Positions 8,697 to 22,377 of a DNA stretch of 25,996 bases are shown piece after piece. The stretch comes from Escherichia coli (GTDB lineage: Bacteria; Pseudomonadota; Gammaproteobacteria; Enterobacterales; Enterobacteriaceae). Positions within the stretch are counted from its first letter, which is position 1. Each line of letters starts with the position of its first letter. The stretch lies in NCBI RefSeq assembly GCF_003334315.1, contig NZ_QOWR01000064.1; one strand, written 5' to 3'. Position numbers and translations under genes: made by a program. The notes below the pieces were generated by a model that searched no databases, was not told where the DNA came from, and worked only from the letters and a program-made list of their open reading frames with translations.

Positions 8697-9869
8697 TTAT
8701 GCCGTTTCAAACGTTCCTTTCACGCAGGCTTTGCCGTCTTTGACCATCAGTTTGCCGCGAGCGTATACCTGCTCAATGCGCAATTCTGGCGTCATGACCA
8801 GCAAGTCTGCGTCATTGCCTGGCAGAATTTCGCCTTTCCCGGTCAGGTTAAGGAAACCGGCTACGCTACTGGTGAGCGGGCGCAGGGCATCGCTGATACT
8901 GAAATCATAGTCTTTGACCAGCACTTGCACGGTTTCCAGCAACGTTTCAAAACCGGCAACACCGATATGGGTTAAATTCCCTTCGTCATCGAAGAACGGC
9001 TGGCTACCGTTGCCGTCGGAGCTGAGGGTGACGCGTGTCAGCGGAATACCCGCCTGAACGGCGCGGGCAATACCTTCGGCAGGGGCGACCGGTTCGTCAA
9101 TGCTGCTGGTGATATCGATAGTGCCGCCTTTGCGCGCGAACTCAAGCGCCTGCTCAAACAACGGAACGTTGCGGTTAACGTGGGTCGGCAGCAACTTGCT
9201 GATCGGCACATCGCAGTTTTCCAGCAGGTCATAGACAGGCTGTAACGCCTTTTTGCTGTCGCCCATGTGGAACACGGTGACGCCAGGTTTACCGCCGAGC
9301 AAACCGCCAACGCGGGATTCCGCCGCCATATTAGCCAGGTGATAAACGTCCGGTGCGGCAGAACGGTGATCAGAGATGGCGCATTTCACACCAATCACAC
9401 GATCGATAATCGCCACGTCTTTTTCCACTGAACCCGTAATAGTGCGGGAAGGGACATGATAAGCGCCGGTCAGCATCCAGGCGCTGATGCCTTCTTCATT
9501 GAGCGCACGGGTCTTGGCGAGCAGGGATTCCGGGTGGCGAGAGATAGAGTCGGTGCCCAGCAGACCAACCACTGACGTGACGCCCGCTTCCGTCAGACGA
9601 CTTAACGCCACTTCCGGCGTGCGCGTCGTGGGACCTGCTTCGCCGCCACCGCCAATCAAATGGACGTGTTGATCAATAAAACCTGGGCAGAGGATCTGCC
9701 CGCTGAGATCGACAACCGTGCAGTCCGGTACAATGTCAGAAGGGATATTGCTGGCAACGGCGATAATTTTGCCGTTAGCGACGAGGACATCGCAAATTCC
9801 CCGATCTTCCGGCGCATACAAATGCGCTCCCTGCAGCAGGGTAAAACCGGCTGCGGTATAATCAATCAT
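8697..9869 (-). CDS. iadA: Isoaspartyl dipeptidase IadA (390 aa)
   Basis: Translation MIDYTAAGFTLLQGAHLYAPEDRGICDVLVANGKIIAV… with metal-dependent amidohydrolase motifs (DQHVHLIGGGGE); length and synteny. Confidence 0.9.
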   Translation of the reverse strand: MIDYTAAGFTLLQGAHLYAPEDRGICDVLVANGKIIAVASNIPSDIVPDCTVVDLSGQILCPGFIDQHVHLIGGGGEAGPTTRTPEVALSRLTEAGVTSVVGLLGTDSISRHPESLLAKTRALNEEGISAWMLTGAYHVPSRTITGSVEKDVAIIDRVIGVKCAISDHRSAAPDVYHLANMAAESRVGGLLGGKPGVTVFHMGDSKKALQPVYDLLENCDVPISKLLPTHVNRNVPLFEQALEFARKGGTIDITSSIDEPVAPAEGIARAVQAGIPLTRVTLSSDGNGSQPFFDDEGNLTHIGVAGFETLLETVQVLVKDYDFSISDALRPLTSSVAGFLNLTGKGEILPGNDADLLVMTPELRIEQVYARGKLMVKDGKACVKGTFETA

Positions 9870-9881
9870 GGTAACTCCTTG

Positions 9882-10343
9882 TTAAACAATAAGCTGCATA
9901 ACCCAGATCGACAGCAATGCGTTAATAACGCAGACCGTAATGATATGCGGGTAATATTTGGCATTCACTTCGGCTGTCCCCAGGCAGCGACCGACATTTT
10001 GCACCGGGTTGCCCATTAAATACATCGCGGGTAGTAAAACGGTGACATCGTGGCCGGTTAAAGCGCCAGCGGTCGCCAGACTGGCGGCAACACCGACTGC
10101 GCCGCCCATACTCATCAATGCGGCTAAAAGGACGGTTGCCGCTTCACCAGGCAATCCCCACAGCGCCATTACGGGTTCACAGATATGCCCCACCCAGTCG
10201 AGCAGGCCGGTAATTTTCAGCGCCTGAATGATGACAAACGCCATCACCACGTTTGGCAGCAGGTTGGTCGTGGCGATAGTAAAGCCACGGCGCGCGCCAT
10301 CGATAAACATATCCATGACGTTTTTGCGGACCTGAGTTGTCAT
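9882..10343 (-). CDS. yjiG: YjiG, SpmB-like inner-membrane protein (153 aa)
   Basis: Hydrophobic ORF; start overlaps the yjiH stop (ATGA), suggesting translational coupling; synteny. Confidence 0.8.
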   Translation of the reverse strand: MTTQVRKNVMDMFIDGARRGFTIATTNLLPNVVMAFVIIQALKITGLLDWVGHICEPVMALWGLPGEAATVLLAALMSMGGAVGVAASLATAGALTGHDVTVLLPAMYLMGNPVQNVGRCLGTAEVNAKYYPHIITVCVINALLSIWVMQLIV

Positions 10344-11023
10344 GCTTGCGCTCCTTGCGTTGGGTTGCGACGTTCTTCGAAGTTAAGCCAGACGCGCAAA
10401 ATGTTGGCTCCGACAAATTTAAACACCAGGATGACGGCTAAAGGTACGATTACGGACGTGCCCAGAAAGGCAAACACCGCGACGCCGGAAGAGAAGTAGT
10501 TGGTGATGATGGCGCTACCGCTGGTTTGATATGCGGCGAAAATCACTTTATCGCGTTCGGTAATTTCACCTTCCTGCGCCAGCTCTTTGGTCATACCGGC
10601 GGCGGCATCAGTGTTTTGCAAGTTAGCGATCAGCGCCAGCGAGCAGATCCCTGGAATGCCCAACAACGGTTTTAGCACAGGTGTCATTAACTGCTGCGCG
10701 GCGCGTAATCCACCAAGACCATCGGTAATTGAAATAATCCCCAGAGAGAGAATGACTGACGGTGCCAGTTCCAGCGCAAAGAGAAAGCCATCTTTAGCCC
10801 CCGCGCCACCCGCCCCGCGAAATGAGGTGGTGGCTCCGTTCGCACCAGGCAGTTGCCCAAACGATCCGTTCAGCACGGAAAAATCAAAAACGCGCCACCA
10901 GCTGTCTGTTCCGGAAAAAACACCGGAAAAAAAGATTATGGTGAGAAAAAAAGCCAGATACCCTTTAATGCCCACTTTTTCTGTCGCCAGCTCCCCGGCT
11001 ACAGCATCCCCTTGTTGTGTCAT
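10340..11023 (-). CDS. yjiH: YjiH, nucleoside-recognition (Gate) domain membrane protein (227 aa)
   Basis: Membrane ORF; I chose the start MTQQGDAV… (ATG 11023-11021) to give the expected 227 aa. The ORF track starts 4 codons upstream. Confidence 0.75.
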   Translation of the reverse strand: MTQQGDAVAGELATEKVGIKGYLAFFLTIIFFSGVFSGTDSWWRVFDFSVLNGSFGQLPGANGATTSFRGAGGAGAKDGFLFALELAPSVILSLGIISITDGLGGLRAAQQLMTPVLKPLLGIPGICSLALIANLQNTDAAAGMTKELAQEGEITERDKVIFAAYQTSGSAIITNYFSSGVAVFAFLGTSVIVPLAVILVFKFVGANILRVWLNFEERRNPTQGAQA

Positions 11024-11272
11024 AACAATCCCCATTGTTTTTTTGTGTTTGTGTGTTGCTTGAGCCAGGAAAATTCCTGGAGCTGAAAAACCTTATCAGC
11101 CATGTGGGTATGGGGAAAATGCAAGTATGTTTCTGGCTATGCGTTTTTTGCATAGCGGAAAAATTACGCTGTGTGGAAAAGGCTCTGCGCAGGATTGAGT
11201 TGCAGAAAATTCATAAACCCAGTGACAATGACATCAGTAAATAAAAGCAGAAAATCCAGGGACGAAAACGAG

Positions 11273-11827
11273 ATGGCAAAGTACAACGAAAAAGAGCTGG
11301 CGGATACGAGCAAGTTTTTAAGTTTTGTCCTCCGACACAAACCGGAGGCGATTGGTATCGTACTTGACCGTGAAGGATGGGCGGATATCGATAAGCTCAT
11401 ACTTTGTGCCCAAAAAGCGGGCAAGCGATTAACCCGTACATTGCTGGATACCGTGGTCGCCACCAGTGATAAAAAGCGTTTTAGTTATTCCAGTGATGGT
11501 AGGTGCATCCGCGCGGTTCAGGGGCATTTGACTTCGCAGGTCGCTATTTCCTTTGCCGAAAAAACACCGCCACAGTTTCTTTACCACGGTACGGCAAGCC
11601 GTTTCCTTGACGAGATAAAAAAACAGGGGCTGATTGCAGGTGAGCGTCACTACGTACATCTCTCTGCTGATGAAGCAACGGCACGCAAAGTGGGAGCAAG
11701 ACACGGATCGCCGGTTATCTTAACCGTCAAAGCACAGGAAATGGCGAAACGAGGCATCCCTTTCTGGCAAACGGAAAACGGGGTCTGGCTGACATCAACG
11801 GTTGCGGTCGAATTTCTTGAGTGGTAA
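11273..11827 (+). CDS. kptA: KptA, Tpt1-family RNA 2'-phosphotransferase (184 aa)
   Basis: Translation from [29 protein letters not shown]… is recognisable as the Tpt1/KptA family. The ORF track begins 34 codons upstream, but the start at 11273 gives the expected 184 aa. Confidence 0.85.
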   Translation: MAKYNEKELADTSKFLSFVLRHKPEAIGIVLDREGWADIDKLILCAQKAGKRLTRTLLDTVVATSDKKRFSYSSDGRCIRAVQGHLTSQVAISFAEKTPPQFLYHGTASRFLDEIKKQGLIAGERHYVHLSADEATARKVGARHGSPVILTVKAQEMAKRGIPFWQTENGVWLTSTVAVEFLEW

Positions 11828-11839
11828 GGGAAACACTCC

Positions 11840-13018
11840 TCATGAAGTGACCACTTGCAGCTTAAATAATTGTACTGTGCTGATAAGCGCAGCAATAAAC
11901 AACGCCGCCGCGCCGCAGAGAGTGGCGCCGGCAAGCGCCGATGTTCCATTGCCGAGCATACTGGTCAGCGCCGGGCCGAGGATTTGTCCAATGCCGTAAA
12001 TGAGCGTCACAAAGCCTAAAAGATTGAGATTTCCCGGAACGCTCAGTTGGCGGGCGATAGTCATCACCAGAGATGTCGTGCCCATAAAGGTACCGCCAAA
12101 ACCGATACTACTAATGATAAGCAAGAGAGGAGAGTCGCTGGCGAGAGTAAGCAGCACACTGATAGCCTGCACCAGCAAATTCGCCGTCAGGCAAGGCAAA
12201 GCCCCCCAACGTTTTGCTGCCCATAGCCAGCCAAAGCAGCCTGGCACAATTGATAAGCCGACTAACGTCCAGAGATGGGCGGTTAACAATGGTGAGCCTG
12301 CATCTTTCGCCATGAGCGGCAGGTAAGTCGCGACGATGATATAACCAAATCCCGCCAGGCCGTACAGAATAGCCAGTAACCACCAGCTCATTATCTGTTG
12401 CTCCGTTTTTGCCAATGGCATTGGTGCGATGGCGTGTTTTTTCGAGGGCATTAAAAGCGTAAGTGCAATCAGCATCATGCCAGAAAGCGCCCCGGCGCCT
12501 TGCCATAACGTTTGCGAGGATAAGGCAAAATGCAGGCCTGCCAGAACATATTCGTTGCCCAGTGCAATGCCAATGCCAACGCCAGAAAACAAAGCTGCCA
12601 GCACAAAAGGATGGCGCGTGTGCTGCATAATCAGCGTCGAACCAAAAATCAGCATACCGGCGCTGGCGACACCCGCCAGGAAGCGAATCAATAACACCAG
12701 AATAAATGGCGGCAACCATGCCATTGCGAGGATCAACAACCCGCTCGCCAGGGCAGAAACCAACAGAAATGGGCGCAGGCGCGACGGCTGGTGAAATGCG
12801 CCAAACGAAAATAGCAGACTGCCAGCCAGATACCCCGCATAGTTGCCGCTGGCAATCCACGAGAGCTGGCTAAATGAAAACGCCCCTTCCGCCATCATGA
12901 CGGGCAACATAGGCGTATAAAGGAAGCGACCTAATCCCATACCTAAGGTCAGAACCAGCATCCCGAAAAGCGCGGTGCTGAAAGAAAAGCGTTCTACGGG
13001 ATGCGAGGACGAAGGCAT
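11840..13018 (-). CDS. yjiJ: YjiJ, MFS-type membrane transporter of unknown substrate (392 aa)
   Basis: Polytopic hydrophobic ORF; length and synteny. Confidence 0.8.
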   Translation of the reverse strand: MPSSSHPVERFSFSTALFGMLVLTLGMGLGRFLYTPMLPVMMAEGAFSFSQLSWIASGNYAGYLAGSLLFSFGAFHQPSRLRPFLLVSALASGLLILAMAWLPPFILVLLIRFLAGVASAGMLIFGSTLIMQHTRHPFVLAALFSGVGIGIALGNEYVLAGLHFALSSQTLWQGAGALSGMMLIALTLLMPSKKHAIAPMPLAKTEQQIMSWWLLAILYGLAGFGYIIVATYLPLMAKDAGSPLLTAHLWTLVGLSIVPGCFGWLWAAKRWGALPCLTANLLVQAISVLLTLASDSPLLLIISSIGFGGTFMGTTSLVMTIARQLSVPGNLNLLGFVTLIYGIGQILGPALTSMLGNGTSALAGATLCGAAALFIAALISTVQLFKLQVVTS

Positions 13019-13085
13019 GTTTAACCTTGTATGTCATTTTTGTTGTTAACAAGTTAATAACAAAAAGGTGAAATATGCCAGCCTG

Positions 13086-16193
<3,108 letters not shown>

Positions 16194-16308
16194 GATTTTC
16201 CTTCCCCGTACCACGGGAGATAATGAAAAGAGGCCACATTATTACCATTCTTTTAGTGTGGTTTATTTGATCTCTCTCGCGGTTAGCCACTTAGTTTTTC
16301 ATGGATTT

Positions 16309-17589
16309 CTAAAAATTGCTGAGGGGGAACAAGGCCGGGAGCTGCGACAACAAATATAAAATTAGCCCAATACAACCGCCAACCAGCGTACCGTTGACAC
16401 GGATAAACTGCAGATCTTTGCCGATATTTAACTCGATTTGCCGCGACATATCCCGAGCATCCCAGCTTTTTACTGTATCGCTGATGTGGCGCGTCAGGAA
16501 TGCGGAAAACTCAGGCGCGACGCGGTGCGCGGCTTGTTCCAGGTGACCATTTAACGATGCCCGCAAGGCATCATCGGCAATTAACGTTTCGCCAAACCAT
16601 TGACCCGCCCGCGCGATACGTTCTTTCACACGAGAATCTTCACTGTTGATATCCGCTTTCAGCCATTCCCGTAAATCCCCCCACAATTCACTGAGATAGC
16701 GGTTAAAAGCTTCATCTTCTTTCAGATAACTTTTTACGGCATCGGCTCGCGCTGCCATTTCCGGATCGTTTTTCAACTTGTCGATCAGGGCAAAAGTGGC
16801 GCGATCAAACGCATGACGGATCTGATGCGCACGATCACGGCTGATATCATCAAGCAAAGAATTCACCGCGTCAGAAACCAACTCCGCGCTATGTTCGCCC
16901 AACCATTCGGTGGGGAGAATTTTGGCTTTCAGTGGATGCTCACTCTCCAGCCAGCGAACAATCTGCTGGGCAATAAACTTGCGCGATTTATCGCGCTGGA
17001 GAAGGGCGATCAACTGTGCGATCAGCGTATCGAGCAGCACCTGATGACGATCGTTTTTGGTCATACTCTCCAGCATCAACGCACTGGTTCCGGAAAGATC
17101 GACCATATCAATCGCCCGATGGACCGCGCGCTTAAGCAGGCGCTGAATACGTGCATCATCGGTCAGTTCAAGAAAACCGCTCATGATCTGCAACAGATGC
17201 TGACCAACGCGGCGGGCGTTCTCCGGCTGACTAAACCAGTTGCCAATCAACAACGCCGGTTCGTGACGTCGAATCAATGCCACCAGCGACTGGGTATCGA
17301 GAAATTTTTCCTGCACGAACTGACCGAGATTTTCGCCAATCCGGTCTTTATTACGCGGGATAATCGCCGTATGACGAGAAATGATCGGAATCGGCACGCG
17401 GCGAAACAGCGCCACCACCGCAAACCAGTCCGCCAGCGCGCCGACCATCGCCGCTTCAGCAATCGCCTTCACGCCGCTCACCCAAAAATTGGGCGGCAAA
17501 AACAGCGTAACTACAAAGGTAGCAGCGGCGATAAGCAGTAAAGAGAGCGCCAACATTTTGGCGCGTCTGAGTTCAATGAGTTTATTCAT
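16309..17589 (-). CDS. yjiN: YjiN, DUF445-family inner-membrane protein (426 aa)
   Basis: ORF with N-terminal and C-terminal hydrophobic segments; length and synteny. Confidence 0.8.
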   Translation of the reverse strand: MNKLIELRRAKMLALSLLLIAAATFVVTLFLPPNFWVSGVKAIAEAAMVGALADWFAVVALFRRVPIPIISRHTAIIPRNKDRIGENLGQFVQEKFLDTQSLVALIRRHEPALLIGNWFSQPENARRVGQHLLQIMSGFLELTDDARIQRLLKRAVHRAIDMVDLSGTSALMLESMTKNDRHQVLLDTLIAQLIALLQRDKSRKFIAQQIVRWLESEHPLKAKILPTEWLGEHSAELVSDAVNSLLDDISRDRAHQIRHAFDRATFALIDKLKNDPEMAARADAVKSYLKEDEAFNRYLSELWGDLREWLKADINSEDSRVKERIARAGQWFGETLIADDALRASLNGHLEQAAHRVAPEFSAFLTRHISDTVKSWDARDMSRQIELNIGKDLQFIRVNGTLVGGCIGLILYLLSQLPALFPLSNF

Positions 17590-17629
17590 AACGTTAAGAA
17601 TAGAGCCTGACGGCAGGATCGCGCAAAAA

Positions 17630-18862
17630 TCACCGCTCCTCCGCCAGCTCGGCAGCCTGATGTTGGCGCACGCGATTGAGCAATCCCGCCAGGGTGAAAA
17701 CGACGATAACGCCCGCCACGACGGCTAACAGATGAAACGGCAAGCGACCGCCGTTAAACCACAGCCAGCGGCCGATTTCGACCGAGACAGACATCACCAT
17801 CAGGATCACCATATTCAGCGATGCGGAGACGGTCCCTTTCGGTAAGTTATTGGAAAAAAGCGTAAAGCGGAATAAAGTCGGGAAGATCAAACCAATCCCG
17901 AAAGCATACAAACTGGTGCCCAGCACCGACCACAGCCAGACGTGCGGTGACAGCAGATTGCCGATAATCAACAGTGCGAGGCCGACCAGTTGAATGGGTA
18001 CGGCACGCCAGATAAAGCGCGGTTCGGTCGGATCTTTAACGAAACGCGCCACGATGGCATTCGCGACAATCACCGCGCCGAACACCGGAACCTGTGTCCA
18101 GGCGAACTGCGAGGTCGTTAAGCCGCCTGCGTCAATCAGGATCACCGGCGAGACAGCCACCCAACTCATCATGGGGATATAGCTTAAAGAGATGGTTGCT
18201 GCACCAAAGAGGAACAGCCGATTGCAAAAGACATTACGAAAATCGCGCAAGACGCTTTTGGCGCTAAATGGAACCGCGCCGCGCTTCACCGTCTCTGGCA
18301 TCGCCAGCAGTAAGCCAACAAATGAGATAAAACCCATAACCGCAATGATGGCAAAAAGGACTTTCCAGTGCACAAAGTGCATCAGAGCTGCGCCGGAAAG
18401 CGGGCCAATAATCGGCGCAATCAGTACGATGGAGGTGATAATCGCCATCAACTTGATCCCTTTTGTCTGTCCGAACGCCTCCTGCACCGTGACATAACCA
18501 ACGGTAGCAATAAAACAGATACTGGTGCCCTGAATTGCACGCGCGATAAGAAACTGTGTCATAGACGTTGTGAACATTGTCGCAGCGCAGGCAAGGGTAA
18601 AAATGAGCGCCCCGGTAATCAGCACTGGCCTGCGGCCAATCCTGTCGGAAAGCGGCCCCAGCAGCCACTGTAACGCCATACCGCCAGCGAGATAGAGACT
18701 GACGGCAGCAGGGGCCAGACTGACATCGGCATTAAAATCACGGACCACATTAATGATCCCCGGCTGGATCAGATCCGTCGACAGGTACGCGGCAAAGTCA
18801 TACAAAATCAACGCCATCGGGAAAAACAGCGTGGCGGCATGGCGGGCAAAAAAACGTGGCAT
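17630..18862 (-). CDS. mdtM: MdtM (YjiO), MFS multidrug efflux pump (410 aa)
   Basis: 12-TM MFS-like ORF beginning [36 protein letters not shown]…; the ORF-track start is 3 codons upstream. Confidence 0.88.
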   Translation of the reverse strand: MPRFFARHAATLFFPMALILYDFAAYLSTDLIQPGIINVVRDFNADVSLAPAAVSLYLAGGMALQWLLGPLSDRIGRRPVLITGALIFTLACAATMFTTSMTQFLIARAIQGTSICFIATVGYVTVQEAFGQTKGIKLMAIITSIVLIAPIIGPLSGAALMHFVHWKVLFAIIAVMGFISFVGLLLAMPETVKRGAVPFSAKSVLRDFRNVFCNRLFLFGAATISLSYIPMMSWVAVSPVILIDAGGLTTSQFAWTQVPVFGAVIVANAIVARFVKDPTEPRFIWRAVPIQLVGLALLIIGNLLSPHVWLWSVLGTSLYAFGIGLIFPTLFRFTLFSNNLPKGTVSASLNMVILMVMSVSVEIGRWLWFNGGRLPFHLLAVVAGVIVVFTLAGLLNRVRQHQAAELAEER

Positions 18863-19328
18863 AACAAACAACTCCTTGTCCGGAGAACCCCAACGGGGAA
18901 AACGAAATTCAATACCGTCGGTAATGACGAAAGGCAGGCGAGAAGGACAAATGTACTGAATTTCATGTAATCAACCACACTGCCTGTGAACACACAGACA
19001 GAGAAATACCTTCTGACTTCGGGTCAGAATGTATAACGATTACAAATAGTCATCAGCACATTACACCTCTTGAATTGATGGGTTGCATAGAAAATATACA
19101 CCTTAAGTGTAATTAAAATTTGCGGTTAATCAAAAGAGCGCGGTGGAAAGGGGAATATCTGCCGGGTACAGGAAATGTAAAACGCGAGCCTGTTTCCGGA
19201 AAAATGTATCGTTTGCAGATGAACAAAAATAGCCTGGAAAGCGCCTCGGGGAACGGGAAATTGCCGGGTGAGAATGGTTTTGTTAGTCGCTAAAGTCGGG
19301 CCATCTTATCTACAGGTGACGGATCGCC

Positions 19329-20285
19329 ATGACAAACTTCACGACCAGCACGCTGCATGACGCATTATTTAAGTCCTTTCTCACGCACCCTGACACCGCG
19401 CGGGATTTTATGGAGATCCACTTACCCAAAGATTTACGTGAACTGTGCGATCTCGACAGCTTAAAACTGGAGTCAGCCAGCTTTGTCGATGAAAAATTGC
19501 GGGCGCTACACTCCGATATTCTGTGGTCGGTAAAGACCCGTGAAGGTGATGGCTATATCTATGTGGTGATTGAACATCAGAGCCGTGAGGATATTCATAT
19601 GGCCTTTCGCCTGATGCGCTATTCCATGGCGGTGATGCAGCGCCATATCGAGCATGATAAACGCCGGCAGCTACCGCTGGTCATCCCGATGCTGTTTTAT
19701 CACGGTAGCCGTAGTCCTTATCCCTGGTCCCTGTGCTGGCTGGACGAATTTGCCGACCCGACTACTGCACGGAAACTTTATACTGCAGCGTTCCCGCTGG
19801 TGGATGTCACTGTCGTGCCAGACGACGAGATTGTGCAGCACCGCAGAGTCGCCCTGTTGGAGTTGATCCAAAAGCATATTCGCCAGCGCGACCTGATGGG
19901 GCTTATCGATCAACTGGTAATATTACTGGTTACAGAGTGTGCTAATGACAGCCAGATAACTGCGCTGTTAAATTACATTTTACTGACTGGCGATGAAGCG
20001 CGTTTTAAGGCGTTTATCAGCGAACTTACCAGGCGAATGCCACACCACAGGGAGCGAATAATGACAATTGCAGAGCGAATTCATAATGATGGATGGCTGT
20101 TGGGAAGGGAGAGGGGGAGGAAAGAAGGGAAAGTAGAAGGGGAACGGAGCCTCCTCCGATTGTTGTTGCAGAATGGGGCCGATCCTGAATGGATACAACG
20201 ATATACCGGACTTTCGGCAGAGCAAATGCAGGCATTAGATCAGCCCTTGCCTGAAAGCAAGCGCGAACCATGGATCGAGTACTAA
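19329..20285 (+). CDS. rpnD: RpnD (YjiP/YjiQ), Rpn/YhgA-like recombination-promoting nuclease (PD-(D/E)xK), apparently intact at 318 aa
   Basis: N-terminal motifs typical of the Rpn/transposase_31 family (HDALFKSFL…, DILWSV…YVVIEHQS); basic, Gly/Arg/Glu-rich C-terminal tail; position between mdtM and yjiR. Confidence 0.8.
   Translation: MTNFTTSTLHDALFKSFLTHPDTARDFMEIHLPKDLRELCDLDSLKLESASFVDEKLRALHSDILWSVKTREGDGYIYVVIEHQSREDIHMAFRLMRYSMAVMQRHIEHDKRRQLPLVIPMLFYHGSRSPYPWSLCWLDEFADPTTARKLYTAAFPLVDVTVVPDDEIVQHRRVALLELIQKHIRQRDLMGLIDQLVILLVTECANDSQITALLNYILLTGDEARFKAFISELTRRMPHHRERIMTIAERIHNDGWLLGRERGRKEGKVEGERSLLRLLLQNGADPEWIQRYTGLSAEQMQALDQPLPESKREPWIEY
20061..20285 (+). CDS. Candidate nested RpnS-like small protein (in-frame C-terminal 74 aa of rpnD)
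   Basis: Internal in-frame ATG ([12 protein letters not shown]…) preceded by GGGAG with a 6-nt spacer. Rpn genes are reported to encode such intragenic small proteins that antagonise the full-length nuclease; not verified for this gene. Confidence 0.4.
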   Translation: MTIAERIHNDGWLLGRERGRKEGKVEGERSLLRLLLQNGADPEWIQRYTGLSAEQMQALDQPLPESKREPWIEY

Positions 20286-20309
20286 TCAGAGGCTGATGAC
20301 AAACGCAAA

Positions 20310-20420
20310 GCAGCCTGATGCGCTACGCTTATCAGGTCTACATAATCCATTAAATATATTGAACTTTTAATATTTTGTAGACCTGGTAAGGCGTTCACAT
20401 GGCATCTGGCATGAACGAAG
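20310..20420. repeat. BIME: two inverted REP units
   Basis: GCCTGATGCGCTACGCTTATCAGGTCTAC and GTAGACCTGGTAAGGCGTTCACATGGCATCTGGCATGAACGAAGC, between the convergent rpnD and yjiR. Confidence 0.75.
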
Positions 20421-20527
20421 CACACTTTGCCTAAGCCATGCCGGAACGTGGCGATGTCGCTATAAAGATAAAACGAGTCACAGGTTATTCGTGAGAGTAA
20501 ATCAGGGGCCTCGGCACTAATTCGAAT

Positions 20528-21940
20528 TCATTCCATTGCCTGATACACGGCCTCGCCAATTTGCTTCAGTGCTTCGCGATAGGTTTCGCTGAGCGGCAAA
20601 GCGCAGTTGATGCGCAGACAATTACGGTATTTACCGGAAGCCGAGAAAATCGAGCCTGCTGCCACCTGGATATTCATGCGGCACAGCTGCCGCGCAACGC
20701 AGACCATATCGACCTGTTCAGGCAATTCGATCCACAGTAAAAATCCGCCTTTCGGGCGCGTAATACAGATTTCGCAGGGAAAATATTCCCGTATCCAGCA
20801 GGTATAAAGCGCCAGATTGCGCTGATAGATCTGCCGCATCCGCCGGATATGGCGATGATAGTGACCTTCCAGCACAAACGTTGCCGCCGCCATTTGCGTG
20901 GACGGTACATTAAAGCTGCTGGTGGCATATTTCATATGCAGCAGTTTATCGTGATATCGCCCCGGTGCGACCCAGCCCACGCGCAGGCCAGGTGCAATGC
21001 TTTTACTGAACGAGCTGCACAACAGCACTCGCCCGTCGATATCCCAGGAATGAATGGTCCGCGGGCGCGGATACTCCGTTGCCAGTTCGCCGTAGACATC
21101 ATCTTCAAAAATCACAATATCATGACGCTGAGCGAGAGAGAGAACGGCCCGTTTGCGCGCGTCCGGCATAATAAATCCCAGCGGATTATTACAGTTTGGC
21201 ACCAGAATGATGCCTTTAATCGGCCACTGTTCCAGCGCCAGTTCCAGCGCTTCAACGCTGATGCCTGTTTCTGGATCGGTTGGGATTTCAATCACTTTCA
21301 CGCCCATGCCGCGCAGCATCTGCATTGAACCGTAATAACAGGGGGATTCGACCGCGACAATATCGCCCGGTTTACACACCGCCATTAACGCCATCGACAT
21401 CGAGTTATGGCAGCCGCTGGTGATGATGATGTCATCGGCGGTGACCACCGAGCCGCTGTCGAGCATCAGGCGGGCAATCTGCTCTCGCAACACTCGCTGA
21501 CCGGCTAACAAGTCATAACCGAGAACGGTTTGTAGATTATGCTGCACCACCCGGCTTAGCTCCCGCCACAGCGGTTTCAGGCTGGGCGTTTCGACATCCG
21601 GCGTGCTTTTGCTTAACGGAACAATGGAACTGTCGCTATGCGCCACCAGCATATCCAGCACCTGATCCCACTGGGTAATTTCCACCGGGCGCTGCACCGG
21701 ACGCGTCATCGGCGGTACTGGCGGCTGGGCTTTACGTTGTGCGACAAAATAACCCGAACGCGGCTGCGGAGTGATGAGCTTCATCGTCTCCAGTATCTGA
21801 TACGCCTGCTGCACGGTACTGATGCTGACGCCGTGCTCCTGACTTAAGCTGCGCACCGACGGCAATTTCTCCCCGTGACGATACAGCCCCTGCTCAATCC
21901 GCTCGGCAAGTAGAGTCGCCAGATGTTGATAACGCGTCAT
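20528..21940 (-). CDS. yjiR: YjiR, MocR/GabR-type regulator (GntR HTH fused to a PLP-dependent aminotransferase-like domain), 470 aa
   Basis: N-terminal HTH (YRHGEKLPSVRSLSQEHGVSISTVQQAYQILETMKLI) plus a long aminotransferase fold-type I-like body. Confidence 0.85.
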   Translation of the reverse strand: MTRYQHLATLLAERIEQGLYRHGEKLPSVRSLSQEHGVSISTVQQAYQILETMKLITPQPRSGYFVAQRKAQPPVPPMTRPVQRPVEITQWDQVLDMLVAHSDSSIVPLSKSTPDVETPSLKPLWRELSRVVQHNLQTVLGYDLLAGQRVLREQIARLMLDSGSVVTADDIIITSGCHNSMSMALMAVCKPGDIVAVESPCYYGSMQMLRGMGVKVIEIPTDPETGISVEALELALEQWPIKGIILVPNCNNPLGFIMPDARKRAVLSLAQRHDIVIFEDDVYGELATEYPRPRTIHSWDIDGRVLLCSSFSKSIAPGLRVGWVAPGRYHDKLLHMKYATSSFNVPSTQMAAATFVLEGHYHRHIRRMRQIYQRNLALYTCWIREYFPCEICITRPKGGFLLWIELPEQVDMVCVARQLCRMNIQVAAGSIFSASGKYRNCLRINCALPLSETYREALKQIGEAVYQAME

Positions 21941-21970
21941 GCTGTATTCCTTATTTGGACCATACAGAAA

Positions 21971-22065
21971 GAAAAACCGGTACAGATGAGGCTAAAAAAC
22001 CGGATGCAGATGCTGTTTTAACCTGTCTGTATGTTAAATAAAACTAATATTTGCATCTGTATTGT
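21971..22065. promoter_or_regulatory. Direct-repeat clusters in the yjiR-yjiS divergent spacer (candidate MocR-type regulator sites)
   Basis: Tandem AAAAACCGG-(2-3 nt)-CAGATG repeats (21971-21990 and 21993-22014), and TCTGTAT repeated exactly 30 bp apart (22026-22032 and 22056-22062). Confidence 0.4.
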
Positions 22066-22116
22066 GAACTGCCAGAAGGCAGATGATGAAGCCTCTGAAA
22101 GATGAGGAGGCAGCAG

Positions 22117-22281
22117 ATGGAATTTCACGAAAACAAAGCCAAAACGCCGTTTATCAGACTTGTGCAACTCTGGCAGGCGATGAGGCGTTGGCGGCGGCAA
22201 ATGCAGACCCGACGAGTGTTACAGCAGATGAGTGATGAGCGGTTGAGGGATATCGGGTTACGCAGGGAGGATGTGGAGTGA
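22117..22281 (+). CDS. yjiS: YjiS, DUF1127 small protein (54 aa)
   Basis: MEFHENKAKTPFIRLVQLWQAMRRWRRQMQTRRVLQQMSDERLRDIGLRREDVE*; GAGGAGG RBS 7 nt upstream. Below the ORF-track length cutoff, found by manual translation. Confidence 0.75.
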   Translation: MEFHENKAKTPFIRLVQLWQAMRRWRRQMQTRRVLQQMSDERLRDIGLRREDVE

Positions 22282-22377
22282 GGGGGCAGTTTGTCGCGGA
22301 TAAACCGGATTTCGCTATAACCTTCACAAGGAAGTGGTTATTATTGCGTCATTATTGCTTCACGGAAGGACGCCAGG

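Noticed and set aside
10587-11244. 158-aa, 77-aa and 69-aa plus-strand ORFs around the yjiH 5' end
   Set aside because: Antisense to yjiH or in the yjiH-kptA spacer, without RBS or recognisable features.
12111-12860. 249-aa minus-strand ORF
   Set aside because: Same strand as yjiJ but in a different frame and fully nested inside it; Cys/Arg/Trp-rich composition typical of an off-frame read.
16813-17541. 242-aa plus-strand ORF
   Set aside because: Antisense within yjiN; highly basic, low-complexity translation with no start context.
18264-18668. 134-aa minus-strand ORF and several 60-100-aa ORFs on both strands between 17994 and 18959
   Set aside because: All nested in or antisense to mdtM; no independent signals.
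20086-20160. Possible low-complexity repeat in the rpnD 3' region (GGGAGAGGGGGAGGAAAGAAGGGAAAGTAGAAGGGGAACGG)
   Set aside because: This purine-rich stretch encodes the Gly/Arg/Glu/Lys-rich tail of RpnD in frame ([15 protein letters not shown]); it is most simply explained as coding low complexity rather than a separate element.
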